From assembly GCA_945873125.1 (NCBI GenBank), contig CAMCBV010000007.1, positions 5,342-69,341 of the forward strand: 64,000 bases of DNA, in the 5' to 3' direction. Position numbers and translations under genes: made by a program. The stretch comes from Prosthecobacter debontii. Lineage in GTDB: Bacteria > Verrucomicrobiota > Verrucomicrobiia > Verrucomicrobiales > Akkermansiaceae. Of the stretch, positions 9,542 through 19,398 are shown piece after piece. Every line of letters begins with the position of its first letter. The first letter of the stretch is position 1. A model generated the notes under the pieces. That model was not told the origin of the DNA. It saw only the letters and a list, made by a program, of their open reading frames with translations, and ran no database searches.

Positions 9542-10495
9542 TCACACCAAATGGATCAAATTTCCCGATTGGTAGGCTTGGATGTTTTGTGCGGTAATGG
9601 CCATTAGCCGTTGGCGGGCCTCGGTGGCAGCCCAAGCGATATGGGGTGTAAGGGTGAGATTTTTAGCTTCGAGTAGGGGATTAGTAGAAAGAATGGGCTC
9701 GGAAGTGACGACATCACATGCGGCACCGGCAATGCGATCCGCGTTGAGCGCCTCGGCTAGGGCCGCTTCATCGACAAGTGGACCGCGAGCTGTGTTGACG
9801 AGGAAGGCGGAGGATTTCATTTTTCCAATGGATTCTTTGGAAATGAGACCTTGGGTTTCTGGAGTGAGGGGGCAGTGAAGCGATATCACATCGGCTTGTT
9901 CCAAGATTTCGTCGATCGATGCCCATTGGAAAGGAAAGGACGCAGAGGCGGAGCGTGAGCGGGAATTTGCCAGAATCTTCATTTTGAATGCGGCACCGAG
10001 TTCGGCGGTGCGTTGCCCAATGCGACCGAATCCGATGATACCCATGGTTTTTCCAGCCAGTTCCGAGAAGTTTGGATTTTTCCAGAAACAGAAATCCTGA
10101 CTGTTTTGCCATGCGCCATGGTGTGACCATTGGCTGTGTAGCGCGGGTTTTTTGAAAAAGTCCAGAATGACGGAGAAGACGAATTCCGCAACGGCGTCGG
10201 TGCCATAGACAGGCACGTTGGATACGGGAATGTTATGTCGGGCTGTGTAGGTGGTATCGACGATATTGTATCCGGTAGCTAAGACAGAGATGAATTTGAG
10301 CTTGGGGAGTTGGGCAAGGGTTTCTGCACCAAGCGGGCATTTATTTGTGAGAATGATTTCGGCATCTTTGGCGCGTTCGACAATTTGGTCGATGGCTGTC
10401 CGTGGATAAACGGTGAGATTGCCCAGAGATTCGATTTCAGTCCAGGGGTTGTCTCCGGGGTTGAGGGTGTGGCCATCAAGAACAGTGATTTTCAT
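9542..10495 (-). CDS. D-2-hydroxyacid dehydrogenase (glycerate dehydrogenase / hydroxypyruvate reductase-like)
   Basis: ATGYNIVD, GIIGFGRIG, SLHCPLT, NTARG, DV..SEP, LTPHIAWA. Confidence 0.92.
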   Translation of the reverse strand: MKITVLDGHTLNPGDNPWTEIESLGNLTVYPRTAIDQIVERAKDAEIILTNKCPLGAETLAQLPKLKFISVLATGYNIVDTTYTARHNIPVSNVPVYGTDAVAEFVFSVILDFFKKPALHSQWSHHGAWQNSQDFCFWKNPNFSELAGKTMGIIGFGRIGQRTAELGAAFKMKILANSRSRSASASFPFQWASIDEILEQADVISLHCPLTPETQGLISKESIGKMKSSAFLVNTARGPLVDEAALAEALNADRIAGAACDVVTSEPILSTNPLLEAKNLTLTPHIAWAATEARQRLMAITAQNIQAYQSGNLIHLV

Positions 10496-10516
10496 GTTAT
10501 AAGATAAGGGAAAGAA

Positions 10517-11578
10517 TCACGGGGCCAGCTGGTCGTGATAAATATCGATTTTTTTCTTTTCGAATTCGCGCAAAGAGGCACGGAAATCATCGACGGCTTG
10601 GTGTCGTTTGGTGACAGAGATCGCGTCTTTGATTTTGTCATGAACCGCTTCTAGAGTCGGGATCTCTGCAGGCGTTTGATCAGTTAGTTCGACGATGTGG
10701 CAGCCGAGCTTGGTTTGGATCAGCGAAGGCTTGTTTTTTTCGAGCTGGAATACCGCATTTGCGAAATCTGCTGGGATTCGTGCACGGGACATCCATCCAA
10801 GGTCACCTCCCAGTTTTTTTGATGCCTGATCCTCGCTCAAATCGAGGGCGAGTTCGTTGAAAGTTTTGAATCCGTTTTGGATTTGGGTCAGGGCGGTTTC
10901 TAATTTTTGTTTCGCCTGATCTGGCGGAGTGCCGAGGGTTGAAATGAAAATGTGTCGTGCCCGGATGCGTTCGGGTGCTTTTAGATCCTCTTTGTAGTCT
11001 TCATAAAATTTGGAGATTTCCTCTTCGCTGACGGTGATCAGAGGTGTTACCCGTAAGGCGACATATTTCTCCTGTTGGATTCGACCGGCAATGCGATTTC
11101 TGAAATCCTCGATGTTATTGAAACCTTGGGATTTGATGGCTGTCTCCAGCTCACTGCGGGTGCTGAATTTTTTCGCGAAGAGCTCGAGTCGGGCATCGAT
11201 TTCTTCATCTGAGACTTCAAGTATTTTGGTATTCACCTTTACTTTGACCCGCATGAGTTCGTGATCGATCAGCTCGCCTAGGGCGGCGTATTCGACGAGT
11301 TTCTTCTGTGATGGGGGTAAATCTGAAATGGATGTTCCCTCAAGGAAAAGGCGTTCATGGATCGCCCGGTCAAGCTGGGTGCGGGTGATTTTATAGCCAA
11401 ATACACGTGCGACAACCCCGTTTGCCTTGTCGGCGGCGATGGATGTTTCGCTATCCGGGCGGGACGCTGCTAGACGCCGATTCAGAGGACCATTGAAGAG
11501 AAAAAGATCGGCAAGAAGATATCCGATCACGACAAGATAGGCGGCAAATCGGAGGGAGAATTTGGTAAAAGACTTCAT
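10517..11578 (-). CDS. PpiC/parvulin-type peptidyl-prolyl isomerase (SurA/PrsA-like)
   Basis: N-terminal membrane anchor, a helical chaperone region, then RARHIFI...LSEDQASKKLGGDLGW...FANAVFQL...TKLGCHIV. Confidence 0.88.
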   Translation of the reverse strand: MKSFTKFSLRFAAYLVVIGYLLADLFLFNGPLNRRLAASRPDSETSIAADKANGVVARVFGYKITRTQLDRAIHERLFLEGTSISDLPPSQKKLVEYAALGELIDHELMRVKVKVNTKILEVSDEEIDARLELFAKKFSTRSELETAIKSQGFNNIEDFRNRIAGRIQQEKYVALRVTPLITVSEEEISKFYEDYKEDLKAPERIRARHIFISTLGTPPDQAKQKLETALTQIQNGFKTFNELALDLSEDQASKKLGGDLGWMSRARIPADFANAVFQLEKNKPSLIQTKLGCHIVELTDQTPAEIPTLEAVHDKIKDAISVTKRHQAVDDFRASLREFEKKKIDIYHDQLAP

Positions 11579-11591
11579 GGACAAATTCAGT

Positions 11592-12752
11592 TTACCGGAT
11601 TTCTACCGTGGCTCCCGGGCGGATGAGAGTTGGAAGTTGAATGGCATTCCAGTTACAGAGGCGGATACAGCCGGCGGAGCGTGAGCGCCCGATGGTTTCT
11701 GGATCGGAGGTGCCGTGCATGCCGATTCCGGGGCGAGTTGTGCCGCACCAAATGATGCCGACGGGTGAGTTCGGTCCCGGCGGAATCATTAGGGCTTCCT
11801 CGGAGCGCTTTCCGGTATCAAGAAGCTGTTGATCATAGCGCCACCACGGCAAGGCCACCATGGTCTGGAGTTTCCATGAGCCAAAGCGAATGAACTGAGG
11901 TTTTCCCGGAGTGATGGGAAATGAGGCGAGCAGACCGGTATTGGCGCTGGGCAAGACAGGTGCATTGGGATCGGTGATGATCGTCGGACGCGGTGCGGCG
12001 GCAAAGATACGGACTTGATTCATTTTCGTATCAACAACTACATGACGTTCTGAGAGATCTTCGAGTTCTTTCCATGCGCGGTCGGTGAGGTTTTCAACGA
12101 GAAAAGGAGCAACATTTGGTACGGTGATGCCGTCTTTTGCTTTCAGACCGTAGATGTTTTTGCTGGGGTTCAGGCTGGTCAGGGTAGGGATGTCCGTATG
12201 GTAACGCTCCGACATGAATTCGGCGATGGAGCGGTAGGACATTCTTTTGGATTTTGCCTGTTTGTCGCGTTTGGTTGAGAGTTTGGAATTCACCCATTCG
12301 TTGGCGATTTCAGGAACCAAAGCCACCGCGTGGGGGGTGGCGATGGCCTTGCGGGCGGCAGCGGTTACCGCGCTCCAATCATCCGGTGGGTGACCATTGA
12401 CCTCATTCCACGATTTCACGGCAAGTTCCGAAAACAGACCGATCTTGCCATCGATCACACCCGGGCCGAAGTTGGATTGATCAAGAAAAATCTGGAGGCG
12501 AGTTGCGTCGTCACCCGTCGGTTTTTGTTCAGCAGGTTCCACTTCAGGGGGGATTTCGGGGAGTTTGGCCGACGGGGGTTGGGTTGGAATCGCAGAATTG
12601 GGAGTAACAAGAACTGGAAGATTTGTGGTTTCCCGCGCGACTGGGTTCGTATCGACTGGCAAGGCCCTGGGAATTTGTGGCTCGAATTCCTGCGCACTGA
12701 GTGGAAGGGTTAAAGTGACAAGCAGAAATGAAAAAAACAAGCGCATGGGCAT
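11592..12752 (-). CDS. L,D-transpeptidase (YkuD family) with peptidoglycan-binding segments
   Basis: Signal peptide, LQIFLDQSNFGPGVIDG, PPGPNSPVG, GIGMHGT...SAGCIRLCNW. Confidence 0.9.
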   Translation of the reverse strand: MPMRLFFSFLLVTLTLPLSAQEFEPQIPRALPVDTNPVARETTNLPVLVTPNSAIPTQPPSAKLPEIPPEVEPAEQKPTGDDATRLQIFLDQSNFGPGVIDGKIGLFSELAVKSWNEVNGHPPDDWSAVTAAARKAIATPHAVALVPEIANEWVNSKLSTKRDKQAKSKRMSYRSIAEFMSERYHTDIPTLTSLNPSKNIYGLKAKDGITVPNVAPFLVENLTDRAWKELEDLSERHVVVDTKMNQVRIFAAAPRPTIITDPNAPVLPSANTGLLASFPITPGKPQFIRFGSWKLQTMVALPWWRYDQQLLDTGKRSEEALMIPPGPNSPVGIIWCGTTRPGIGMHGTSDPETIGRSRSAGCIRLCNWNAIQLPTLIRPGATVEIR

Positions 12753-14048
12753 TCAGTGGGGAATCAGAAATGGGTTGAGCTTTCCTGCGATGTTCGCCGG
12801 CACGATGGCAGTGACGACAATGTCATTTTCATCATATTCGGTGGAGATGACCTTTGCATCTTCGTGAAGCAGGTTGAGTAGGTCGCCACGTTTTTGCGGA
12901 ATCCGATAATTCTCATGAGTCACACGATCCTCAAGAATTTTGGAGCAAGCTTTGTAAATATCATCGATTCCCTGACCCGTCAGAGCGGACGCGTGAATGG
13001 CATCCGGAAATTGACGCTCCAGACAAACGAGAGTCCAGGGATCGGTGACTTTGTCGATTTTATTGAGAACCGTAATGATCGGTTTGCCGACAGCACCGAG
13101 CTCTTCTAAGACATGGAGGGTGGTTGCTTGAAATATTTCGATTTCAGGGGCTGTGGCATCAAGCACATGAATCAGGAAATCAGACAATACGGCTTCTTCG
13201 AGAGTGGCTTTGAATGCCTCGACGAGACGGTGAGGAAGGTTGCGTACAAATCCCACGGTATCGGTAACGAGCAGTGGCTGGCCATCGGGTAAATCGATGC
13301 GACGCGTCGTGGTGTCAAGCGTGGCGAAGAGCATGTCCTTCGCCATGACATTTGATCCGGAAATCTGATTCAACATCGTGGACTTGCCGGCGTTCGTGTA
13401 TCCGACGATGGATGCGTGTGGCGTATCGAGTTTTTCGCGTTCCTTGCGTTGGGTTTTGCGTTGTTTGCGGACAATCTCGAGTTCGCGTTTGCAGCGGTCG
13501 ATGCTGAGGTGGGCGAGGCGCCGGTCGATCTCGATTTGCTTTTCACCCATGCCGCGCTCGGCGCCGCCACCGCCGGTTCCGCCACCGCCTCCTTCGCGGT
13601 CAAGGTGTCCCCACATGCGTGCGAGTCGAGGGAGGGCGTATTGCATTTTTGCGAGTTCGACCTGCAAGCGTGCCTCACGGGTCTGGGCGCGTTTTCCGAA
13701 AATATCGAGAATCACCTCTTCACGGTCGATGACGCAGAGATCAGCGAGTTTTTCCCACTCGCGTTGTTGGGATGGTGCGAGGTTGTTATCGATGACGATC
13801 ACATCGCATTCGTGGGCCTTTGCAAGCGCGACGATTTCCGCGGCTTTGCCCGTCCCGCAGAGAAACTTTTTATGCATTTCCCGGGATTTTGCTAGGACGG
13901 ATTCGGCGATTTCGATTCCGAGGGTGGAGACGAGTTCACCAAGCTCGTCGAGCAGCGATGCGGATTCCTCCTCTTCGCTTTTGTCGAAATAGAGCCGCAC
14001 CAGCAGGGCACGCTCGACCATTTCCGGTTTTTGTCTGACTTCAAACAT
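12753..14048 (-). CDS. hflX: GTPase HflX
   Basis: ILDIFGKRAQTREARLQVELA, GEKQIEIDRR, VGYTNAGKST, LFATLDTT, TDTVGFVRNLPH, NKID. Confidence 0.97.
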   Translation of the reverse strand: MFEVRQKPEMVERALLVRLYFDKSEEEESASLLDELGELVSTLGIEIAESVLAKSREMHKKFLCGTGKAAEIVALAKAHECDVIVIDNNLAPSQQREWEKLADLCVIDREEVILDIFGKRAQTREARLQVELAKMQYALPRLARMWGHLDREGGGGGTGGGGAERGMGEKQIEIDRRLAHLSIDRCKRELEIVRKQRKTQRKEREKLDTPHASIVGYTNAGKSTMLNQISGSNVMAKDMLFATLDTTTRRIDLPDGQPLLVTDTVGFVRNLPHRLVEAFKATLEEAVLSDFLIHVLDATAPEIEIFQATTLHVLEELGAVGKPIITVLNKIDKVTDPWTLVCLERQFPDAIHASALTGQGIDDIYKACSKILEDRVTHENYRIPQKRGDLLNLLHEDAKVISTEYDENDIVVTAIVPANIAGKLNPFLIPH

Positions 14049-14061
14049 GGATATCGAAGAG

Positions 14062-14517
14062 TTATGAGAGGCGTGACATGACTGCGGCGGAAAGTGTTTT
14101 TCCGTCGGCTCGACCTTCGCAGAGTTCTTGGGCGCGTTTCATGACTTTTCCCATGTCAGCTTTGGAAGCGGCTCCGGTTTCTTGTATTGCCTGCGCGACG
14201 AGTTCGATGATCTGCGATTCGGAAAGCGCCGTTGGCAGGTATTTGGAGAGGATGGCGATCTCAGCCTTTTCGATTTCGGCAAGTTCTGGGCGGTTGGCTT
14301 TTTCGAACTGCTCAATGGAATCTTGGCGTTGTTTGATTTGCTTGCGAATGACAGCCAGGATTTCCGGTTCGTCCAAAACTGTGCCAAGTCCGCCTTTTTC
14401 AATCGCCGCGTTGGTGACGGCGCTTTTCAGGGCCCGCAGGGAATTGAGTGCGGTCTGGTCTTTGGCCCGCATGGCGGTTTTAATGTCTTCGGAAATCTGA
14501 TCGGCTGAGTTGCTCAT
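14062..14517 (-). CDS. yqeY: GatB/YqeY domain protein
   Basis: DIKTAMRAKD...LRALKSA, KQIKQRQDSIEQFEKANRPELA, DMGKVM...GRADGK. Confidence 0.93.
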   Translation of the reverse strand: MSNSADQISEDIKTAMRAKDQTALNSLRALKSAVTNAAIEKGGLGTVLDEPEILAVIRKQIKQRQDSIEQFEKANRPELAEIEKAEIAILSKYLPTALSESQIIELVAQAIQETGAASKADMGKVMKRAQELCEGRADGKTLSAAVMSRLS

Positions 14518-14657
14518 GCGGAATCAATACTTCGGGTAATGAAAATCGCCAAGGAAAACAGCTGGGATAAAACGAAGACAGCGGTTTTTGCCATGACTTT
14601 GGATTTTTCAAAGATTGCAAACGCTGGATGATTGTTTTAATTCGTGCTTCTCCCATT

Positions 14658-15299
14658 ATGTTATCGAGAAATTCACTCCTTCTGAGTCTTGCCGGTATTG
14701 TCATGTTGCTGGCCAGTTGCGCGCAAAACCCCAATGATCCGAGGTTGGTTAAAACCCATCCTGAATACAAAAATCCGCATCAACCCGGAACCTACGAGTT
14801 TTTCGTGGCGGAGAAGTCGTATCCAAAGACTTACGATTCATGGACGAATACCCAATTGTTGCCTGAGACGGACGCATCGAATTCCTGGCTGCAGATCGAT
14901 CTGGAAGAACAACGTGGCAGGTTGATGAAAGGGGATCAGATCGTAGTTGATTATCCGATTTGTTCGGGAAGATCTTCGCATCCAACACCACCCGGGACAT
15001 ACAGGATCCTTGAGAAGATTCCAGTTAAGAGCTCCAATAAGTATGGACGCATTTACGACGCCGAGGGTGGTGTCTTAAATAGTGATGCGGACACCACCAA
15101 GGACACGGTTCCAGAAGGTGGAAAATTTGTCGGCGCGCCAATGAATTACTGGATGCGCCTGACTTGGGATGGTGTGGGGCACCATATTGGTCCGGTCAAA
15201 CGTTATCCGGCATCTCATGCTTGTATTCGCGGACCACAGAAAATGATGCCAGTTGTGTTTTCAAAGTTGGCGGTTGGCTCCAAAGTGGTGGTTGAGTAA
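14658..15299 (+). CDS. L,D-transpeptidase family lipoprotein
   Basis: Lipobox LLASC, IDLEEQR, HPTPPGTYRILEK, MNYWMRLTWDGVGHHIG...ASHACIR. An upstream ATG at 14628 is possible. Confidence 0.88.
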   Translation: MLSRNSLLLSLAGIVMLLASCAQNPNDPRLVKTHPEYKNPHQPGTYEFFVAEKSYPKTYDSWTNTQLLPETDASNSWLQIDLEEQRGRLMKGDQIVVDYPICSGRSSHPTPPGTYRILEKIPVKSSNKYGRIYDAEGGVLNSDADTTKDTVPEGGKFVGAPMNYWMRLTWDGVGHHIGPVKRYPASHACIRGPQKMMPVVFSKLAVGSKVVVE

Positions 15300-15322
15300 A
15301 GCCCTACTGAATCTTTTCAAAT

Positions 15323-15360
15323 AAAAAAGCCCGCAGGTTCGAACCTGCGGGCTTTTTTTT
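15323..15360. terminator. Bidirectional intrinsic terminator
   Basis: Perfect palindrome AAAAAAGCCCGCAGG-TTCGAA-CCTGCGGGCTTTTTT between convergent genes. Confidence 0.93.
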
Positions 15361-15372
15361 GAGCTTAGAGAA

Positions 15373-15783
15373 TCATTCTTCCTCCATGAATTTGTCGTGG
15401 CCTTTCTTTTTGGCGTCACGCAATTGTTCAACGATGGCTTTCACCTTATCCATGTCTTTGTTGAGGAATGCGAGTTCCATATCGGCGAGGGTTGAGACGA
15501 GTGCTCCCATCATTTTACGATATTCTGCGGAGGCTTTAGCTTTGTCCGCACCATCGGGCATGGCTTTGATCAATTCCGGAGTTTCCGTGATGGCTTTGAC
15601 CATGGCGTTCTGGGCTTCGCGCGCGAGTGCGGCGCCCTTGGCTGGATCCTCTTCACGACGCATGGCCTTGTAGGCATCGTTCATAGCTTCCATTTGTTTT
15701 GAAAGTGCGGATTCGTCCGCGGAAGCGGGAATCATCAACAGGTTGGACACAACACAGGCGGCGATAAAAAATTTCGATTTCAT
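15373..15783 (-). CDS. Cytochrome b562-family periplasmic four-helix protein
   Basis: Signal peptide. An N-terminal Met (LSKQMEAM) and C-terminal KKGHDKF match the Met/His heme-ligand pattern. The protein is all-helical. Confidence 0.72.
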   Translation of the reverse strand: MKSKFFIAACVVSNLLMIPASADESALSKQMEAMNDAYKAMRREEDPAKGAALAREAQNAMVKAITETPELIKAMPDGADKAKASAEYRKMMGALVSTLADMELAFLNKDMDKVKAIVEQLRDAKKKGHDKFMEEE

Positions 15784-15986
15784 GGATGCCCAAATACGAA
15801 TGCAAATCGGCTAATCTTCCAAGGGAAAAATAAAAGCTGAGGGGTTAGAGCGGAATTAGAGTCGGCTCGGAGAGAATCAGGCGGATGCTTGAGAAACAAG
15901 CGGTGTCATTTGGAAAAGTTTTTTCCGCCCATTGCATCTGGCTTATTCCGTGTTAAGTGTGGGCGCTTGATTAACCTACCTCAAAT

Positions 15987-16457
15987 ATGATCCATACTCT
16001 CACACAGGAACAGTTTTTACCCATCACTTTGCAAGAAGCCTGGGATTTTTTCTCTCACCCTCGGAATTTGGACGAGATGACGCCGAAAGAGTTAGGGTTC
16101 AGAATCATATACCAACCTGGGGAAAAGATGTATGAGGGACAAATCATTGAATACAGGGTTATGATCTTGCCGGGGGTTTGGGTTCCTTGGGTGACAGAAA
16201 TCAAGAGTGTGAATGTGAATCAAAGTTTCATCGATGAGCAACGGTTCGGACCTTACAAATTCTGGCATCATTTGCATCATTTCGAAGAGGTTGAAGGGGG
16301 CGTGTTGATGAAGGATTTGGTACATTACGCAATGCCTTGTTGGCCATTCGGTGAGATTGGGCATCTTCTGTTCGTCAAACCGAAGTTAGAAAGAATCTTT
16401 TCGTTTCGTAGGGATATCTTGGACAAACGTTTCAAGAAACAAGGAACAATGGATTGA
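15987..16457 (+). CDS. SRPBCC family protein
   Basis: AWDFFSHPRNLDEMTP, WVTEI, FIDEQRFGPYKFWHHLHHF, MKDLVHY, IFSFR. Confidence 0.9.
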   Translation: MIHTLTQEQFLPITLQEAWDFFSHPRNLDEMTPKELGFRIIYQPGEKMYEGQIIEYRVMILPGVWVPWVTEIKSVNVNQSFIDEQRFGPYKFWHHLHHFEEVEGGVLMKDLVHYAMPCWPFGEIGHLLFVKPKLERIFSFRRDILDKRFKKQGTMD

Positions 16458-16548
16458 TTTTTATCCATAAAATCATTGTATCCTGACACCTTAAGGTCAT
16501 AGGCTACAAAAGTGCATCGACCTGCCATCCAAAAATATTCTCTGGCGG

Positions 16549-16914
16549 TTGCGCTTGGTCTCATGTTTTCTGATCCTCGAAGCTCTCGCGCTGCCGATTG
16601 CGTTCGTTTTTTTGGCTTTTGGAATTTCTCATCGTGATCATCAGGCGCTCATGATTAGCGGTTGTCTTTTCATGGTCGCTATCTTGTTAGTGATTTCCAA
16701 CAAGGTCATGACTCCGATCTTGCGTTGTCCGTTATGCACGGTTTCCCCCATGCAAAACCGAGGATGCTCCAAACACCGGAATGTTCGGCGCTTGATGGGA
16801 AGTCATCGATTGAGAGTCGCCACAACCATTCTCGCATGTGGTTATTTTACTTGTCCCTACTGTGATGAGAAGACCGCGATGAAGGTGAGATCGAAAAGGA
16901 TGAAGAGTCGTTGA
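16549..16914 (+). CDS. Hypothetical membrane protein with zinc-ribbon cysteines
   Basis: Two hydrophobic helices followed by RCPLC...GCSKH...FTCPYC. The start codon is uncertain (TTG, or a frameshifted GTG at 16512). Confidence 0.6.
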   Translation: MRLVSCFLILEALALPIAFVFLAFGISHRDHQALMISGCLFMVAILLVISNKVMTPILRCPLCTVSPMQNRGCSKHRNVRRLMGSHRLRVATTILACGYFTCPYCDEKTAMKVRSKRMKSR

Positions 16915-17000
16915 CGGGCGGCAATGGCTCAAAAATGCGGTTTTAGCAGGATTGTCGGTTGCACTGTGCGTATGGAATGGCAAGCTGTCCAAAGCCAGTT

Positions 17001-17984
17001 ATGACTACAGAACAACTTCAGGAGCAAATTTACGAGAGCAGCGGATGGATCCATGCAGTCAAGGAAGAGATGGGCAAAGTGCTTGTAGGCCAAGACGATT
17101 TGGTAGATCGATTGCTGCTTGGGCTGTTGTGTAACGGACATATTCTACTGGAGGGTGTGCCGGGCTTGGCGAAGACCTTGGCCGTGAAGGCCCTTTCGGG
17201 TTCTCTTTCGGCCACCTTTGCGAGGTTTCAGTTCACGCCAGATCTCTTGCCTGCGGACTTGGTGGGAACGATGATCTATCATCCCCAGGAGATGAAATTC
17301 GCACCCAAGCTGGGACCTATATTCAATAATCTTATTTTGGCGGACGAAATCAACCGCGCGCCAGCCAAGGTTCAATCGGCATTGCTTGAAGCGATGCAGG
17401 AGAGGCAGGTAACTCTCGGTGACCGATCCTATCCTCTTCCTAAGCCTTTCCTCGTATTGGCGACCCAGAACCCCATCGACCAAGAAGGCACGTATCAATT
17501 GCCTGAGGCCCAGTTGGACCGGTTTTTGTTGAAAGTGAACGTGAATTATCCGAGCAAGGATGAGGAATTGGAGATTTTGAATCGGATGGCGACATCGGCA
17601 CCGATTTATGAAACCCAACACGTGGCAACACCCGAGCAAGTCAGTGCATCGCGCGATTTGGTGAATTCGGTCTACATAGACGATTCCATTCGGAAATACA
17701 TTGTTGAATTGATTGATGCGACGCGTAACCCGGTCCGGGTTGACGCGCCTTTGAAAAGTTGGATCCGTGCGGGCGCCTCACCGCGTGGCACGATCAACCT
17801 CGCACTGGCTGCGCGGGCGCGGGCTTTCATGAACGGACGTGCGTTTGTCACTCCGCAGGATGTCAAAGACATGGCAATGGATGTCTTGCGCCATCGGATT
17901 TTGCTAACCTATGAGGCCGAGGCCGAGGGGATTACCACCGATGCCATCATAGCGCGGATTCTTTCAAAAGTCGTGGTGCCCTAG
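17001..17984 (+). CDS. moxR: MoxR family AAA+ ATPase
   Basis: HILLEGVPGLAKT, RFQFTPDLLPAD, LADEINRAPAKVQSALLEAMQE, ATQNPIDQEGTYQLPEAQLDRF. Confidence 0.96.
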   Translation: MTTEQLQEQIYESSGWIHAVKEEMGKVLVGQDDLVDRLLLGLLCNGHILLEGVPGLAKTLAVKALSGSLSATFARFQFTPDLLPADLVGTMIYHPQEMKFAPKLGPIFNNLILADEINRAPAKVQSALLEAMQERQVTLGDRSYPLPKPFLVLATQNPIDQEGTYQLPEAQLDRFLLKVNVNYPSKDEELEILNRMATSAPIYETQHVATPEQVSASRDLVNSVYIDDSIRKYIVELIDATRNPVRVDAPLKSWIRAGASPRGTINLALAARARAFMNGRAFVTPQDVKDMAMDVLRHRILLTYEAEAEGITTDAIIARILSKVVVP

Positions 17985-17998
17985 TCGGTGTTCAAGCC

Positions 17999-18889
17999 AT
18001 GACTGAAGATCAATACATTGAGGAAATGATGGCCCGCGTGCGAAAGCTCGAGCTCAGGGCGAGACGGCTGGTGCGTGAATCATTTTCCGGTGAATATCTC
18101 TCCTCCTTTCGGGGGCAGGGTTTGGACTTTGATGATTTCCGTGAATACCAGCACGGGGATGAGGTTCGCTTTATTGATTGGAATGTCACGGCGCGGATGA
18201 ATGAACCCTATATCCGAAAATTCCGAGAGGAGCGTGAGTTGTCGGTGATCTTAGCTGTGGACGTTTCCGGGTCGACGGATTTCGGGAGTCATCATTTGAG
18301 CAAACGGGAGTTGTCCGCAGAGATCGCAGCCGTGCTGGGTTTCAGTGCGTTACAGAATGGAGATAAAGTGGGTTTGCTGATTTTTGCAGGTGAGCCGTTG
18401 ATGTTTATTCCTGCGGCAAAAGGCACCCGTCACTTGTTGCGCATGATTCGTGAGATTCTCATGGCCCGTCCGGCAAAGCACGGGACTTCGATCGAAGAAG
18501 CATGCAATGCTTTGGTCAAAACATTGAAGCGCAAGGCTTTGATATTCATGATATCCGATTTTCAAGCAGAGGTGATTGACAAGCCATTGGGGAAGTTGGC
18601 GAGGAAGCACGAAACCGTTGCGCTGCGTGTGATTGATCCTGTTGAACGGAATTTGCCGAGAGTGGGCAAAGTGGTTCTGTTGGATCCTGAGAGCGGGATT
18701 GAAATGACGGTGAATACCAACAATCAAAATCTCGGAAAAGCGTATGAGCAAATGATGATAAGACAATCCGAAGGTGTGGCGTCGATATTCAGGAAACACG
18801 GGATCGCCTCAGCCATTTTGCCGACCGACACTGATGCATTGCCCGCGTTGCATCAGCTTTTGAAAAGGAGAGGAAAGCGGCGTAAATAG
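17999..18889 (+). CDS. DUF58 protein
   Basis: GEYLSSFRGQGLDFDDFREYQHGDEVRFIDWNVTAR, FREERE, DVSGST, ISDF. Confidence 0.94.
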   Translation: MTEDQYIEEMMARVRKLELRARRLVRESFSGEYLSSFRGQGLDFDDFREYQHGDEVRFIDWNVTARMNEPYIRKFREERELSVILAVDVSGSTDFGSHHLSKRELSAEIAAVLGFSALQNGDKVGLLIFAGEPLMFIPAAKGTRHLLRMIREILMARPAKHGTSIEEACNALVKTLKRKALIFMISDFQAEVIDKPLGKLARKHETVALRVIDPVERNLPRVGKVVLLDPESGIEMTVNTNNQNLGKAYEQMMIRQSEGVASIFRKHGIASAILPTDTDALPALHQLLKRRGKRRK

Positions 18890-18894
18890 CAAGT

Positions 18895-19398
18895 ATGGCC
18901 GAAAGTAAATCCAACTTAGAACTGGCAGAGAGCCGGGATGCCATGGATCTGGTTCCGAATTGGGAACTCGAAGGGTGGTGGGTTGCCACGGTTGTAAGCG
19001 TGTTGCTTTTGTTGATGATCGCGCTTTGGTATCTGCTCAGGAAAAAAAAGGTTTTTGATCCCTCAAAAGCAGAGCGTGAGGCGTTTCAGAAGGCATTGGC
19101 TGGGATTGGAAAATTGGATGTATCGCTGGGAAAGGAAAACGTCATCATGGTTTCTCTTGTGATCAGAAAATACCTCGCGCAAAGCCTGAACGAACCGGCG
19201 CTTTATGAAACCCATGAGGAGTTCATTGGTCGGCATGATGCAATCAAAGCCCTGAATGAGGAATTGAAGGCGATGATTCACGCTTATTTTTCAGAATTGG
19301 CGGCAATGAAATACGGTCCGGATGAAGGGCGGTTCATGGATGTGAACGTTCTCAAACAACAGGCGGTCAATCTTTTGGAAAGGATTCATGCGTCATGA
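18895..19398 (+). CDS. Single-pass membrane protein of the Bat operon (DUF4381-like)
   Basis: Position between DUF58 and the vWA gene, one TM helix, T.EEF motif. Confidence 0.65.
   Translation: MAESKSNLELAESRDAMDLVPNWELEGWWVATVVSVLLLLMIALWYLLRKKKVFDPSKAEREAFQKALAGIGKLDVSLGKENVIMVSLVIRKYLAQSLNEPALYETHEEFIGRHDAIKALNEELKAMIHAYFSELAAMKYGPDEGRFMDVNVLKQQAVNLLERIHAS

Noticed and set aside
11640-11720. SAGC instead of SHGC in the L,D-transpeptidase motif as a sign of inactivation
   Set aside because: The catalytic His (MHGT) and Cys are present, and substitution at this position is known in other YkuD proteins.
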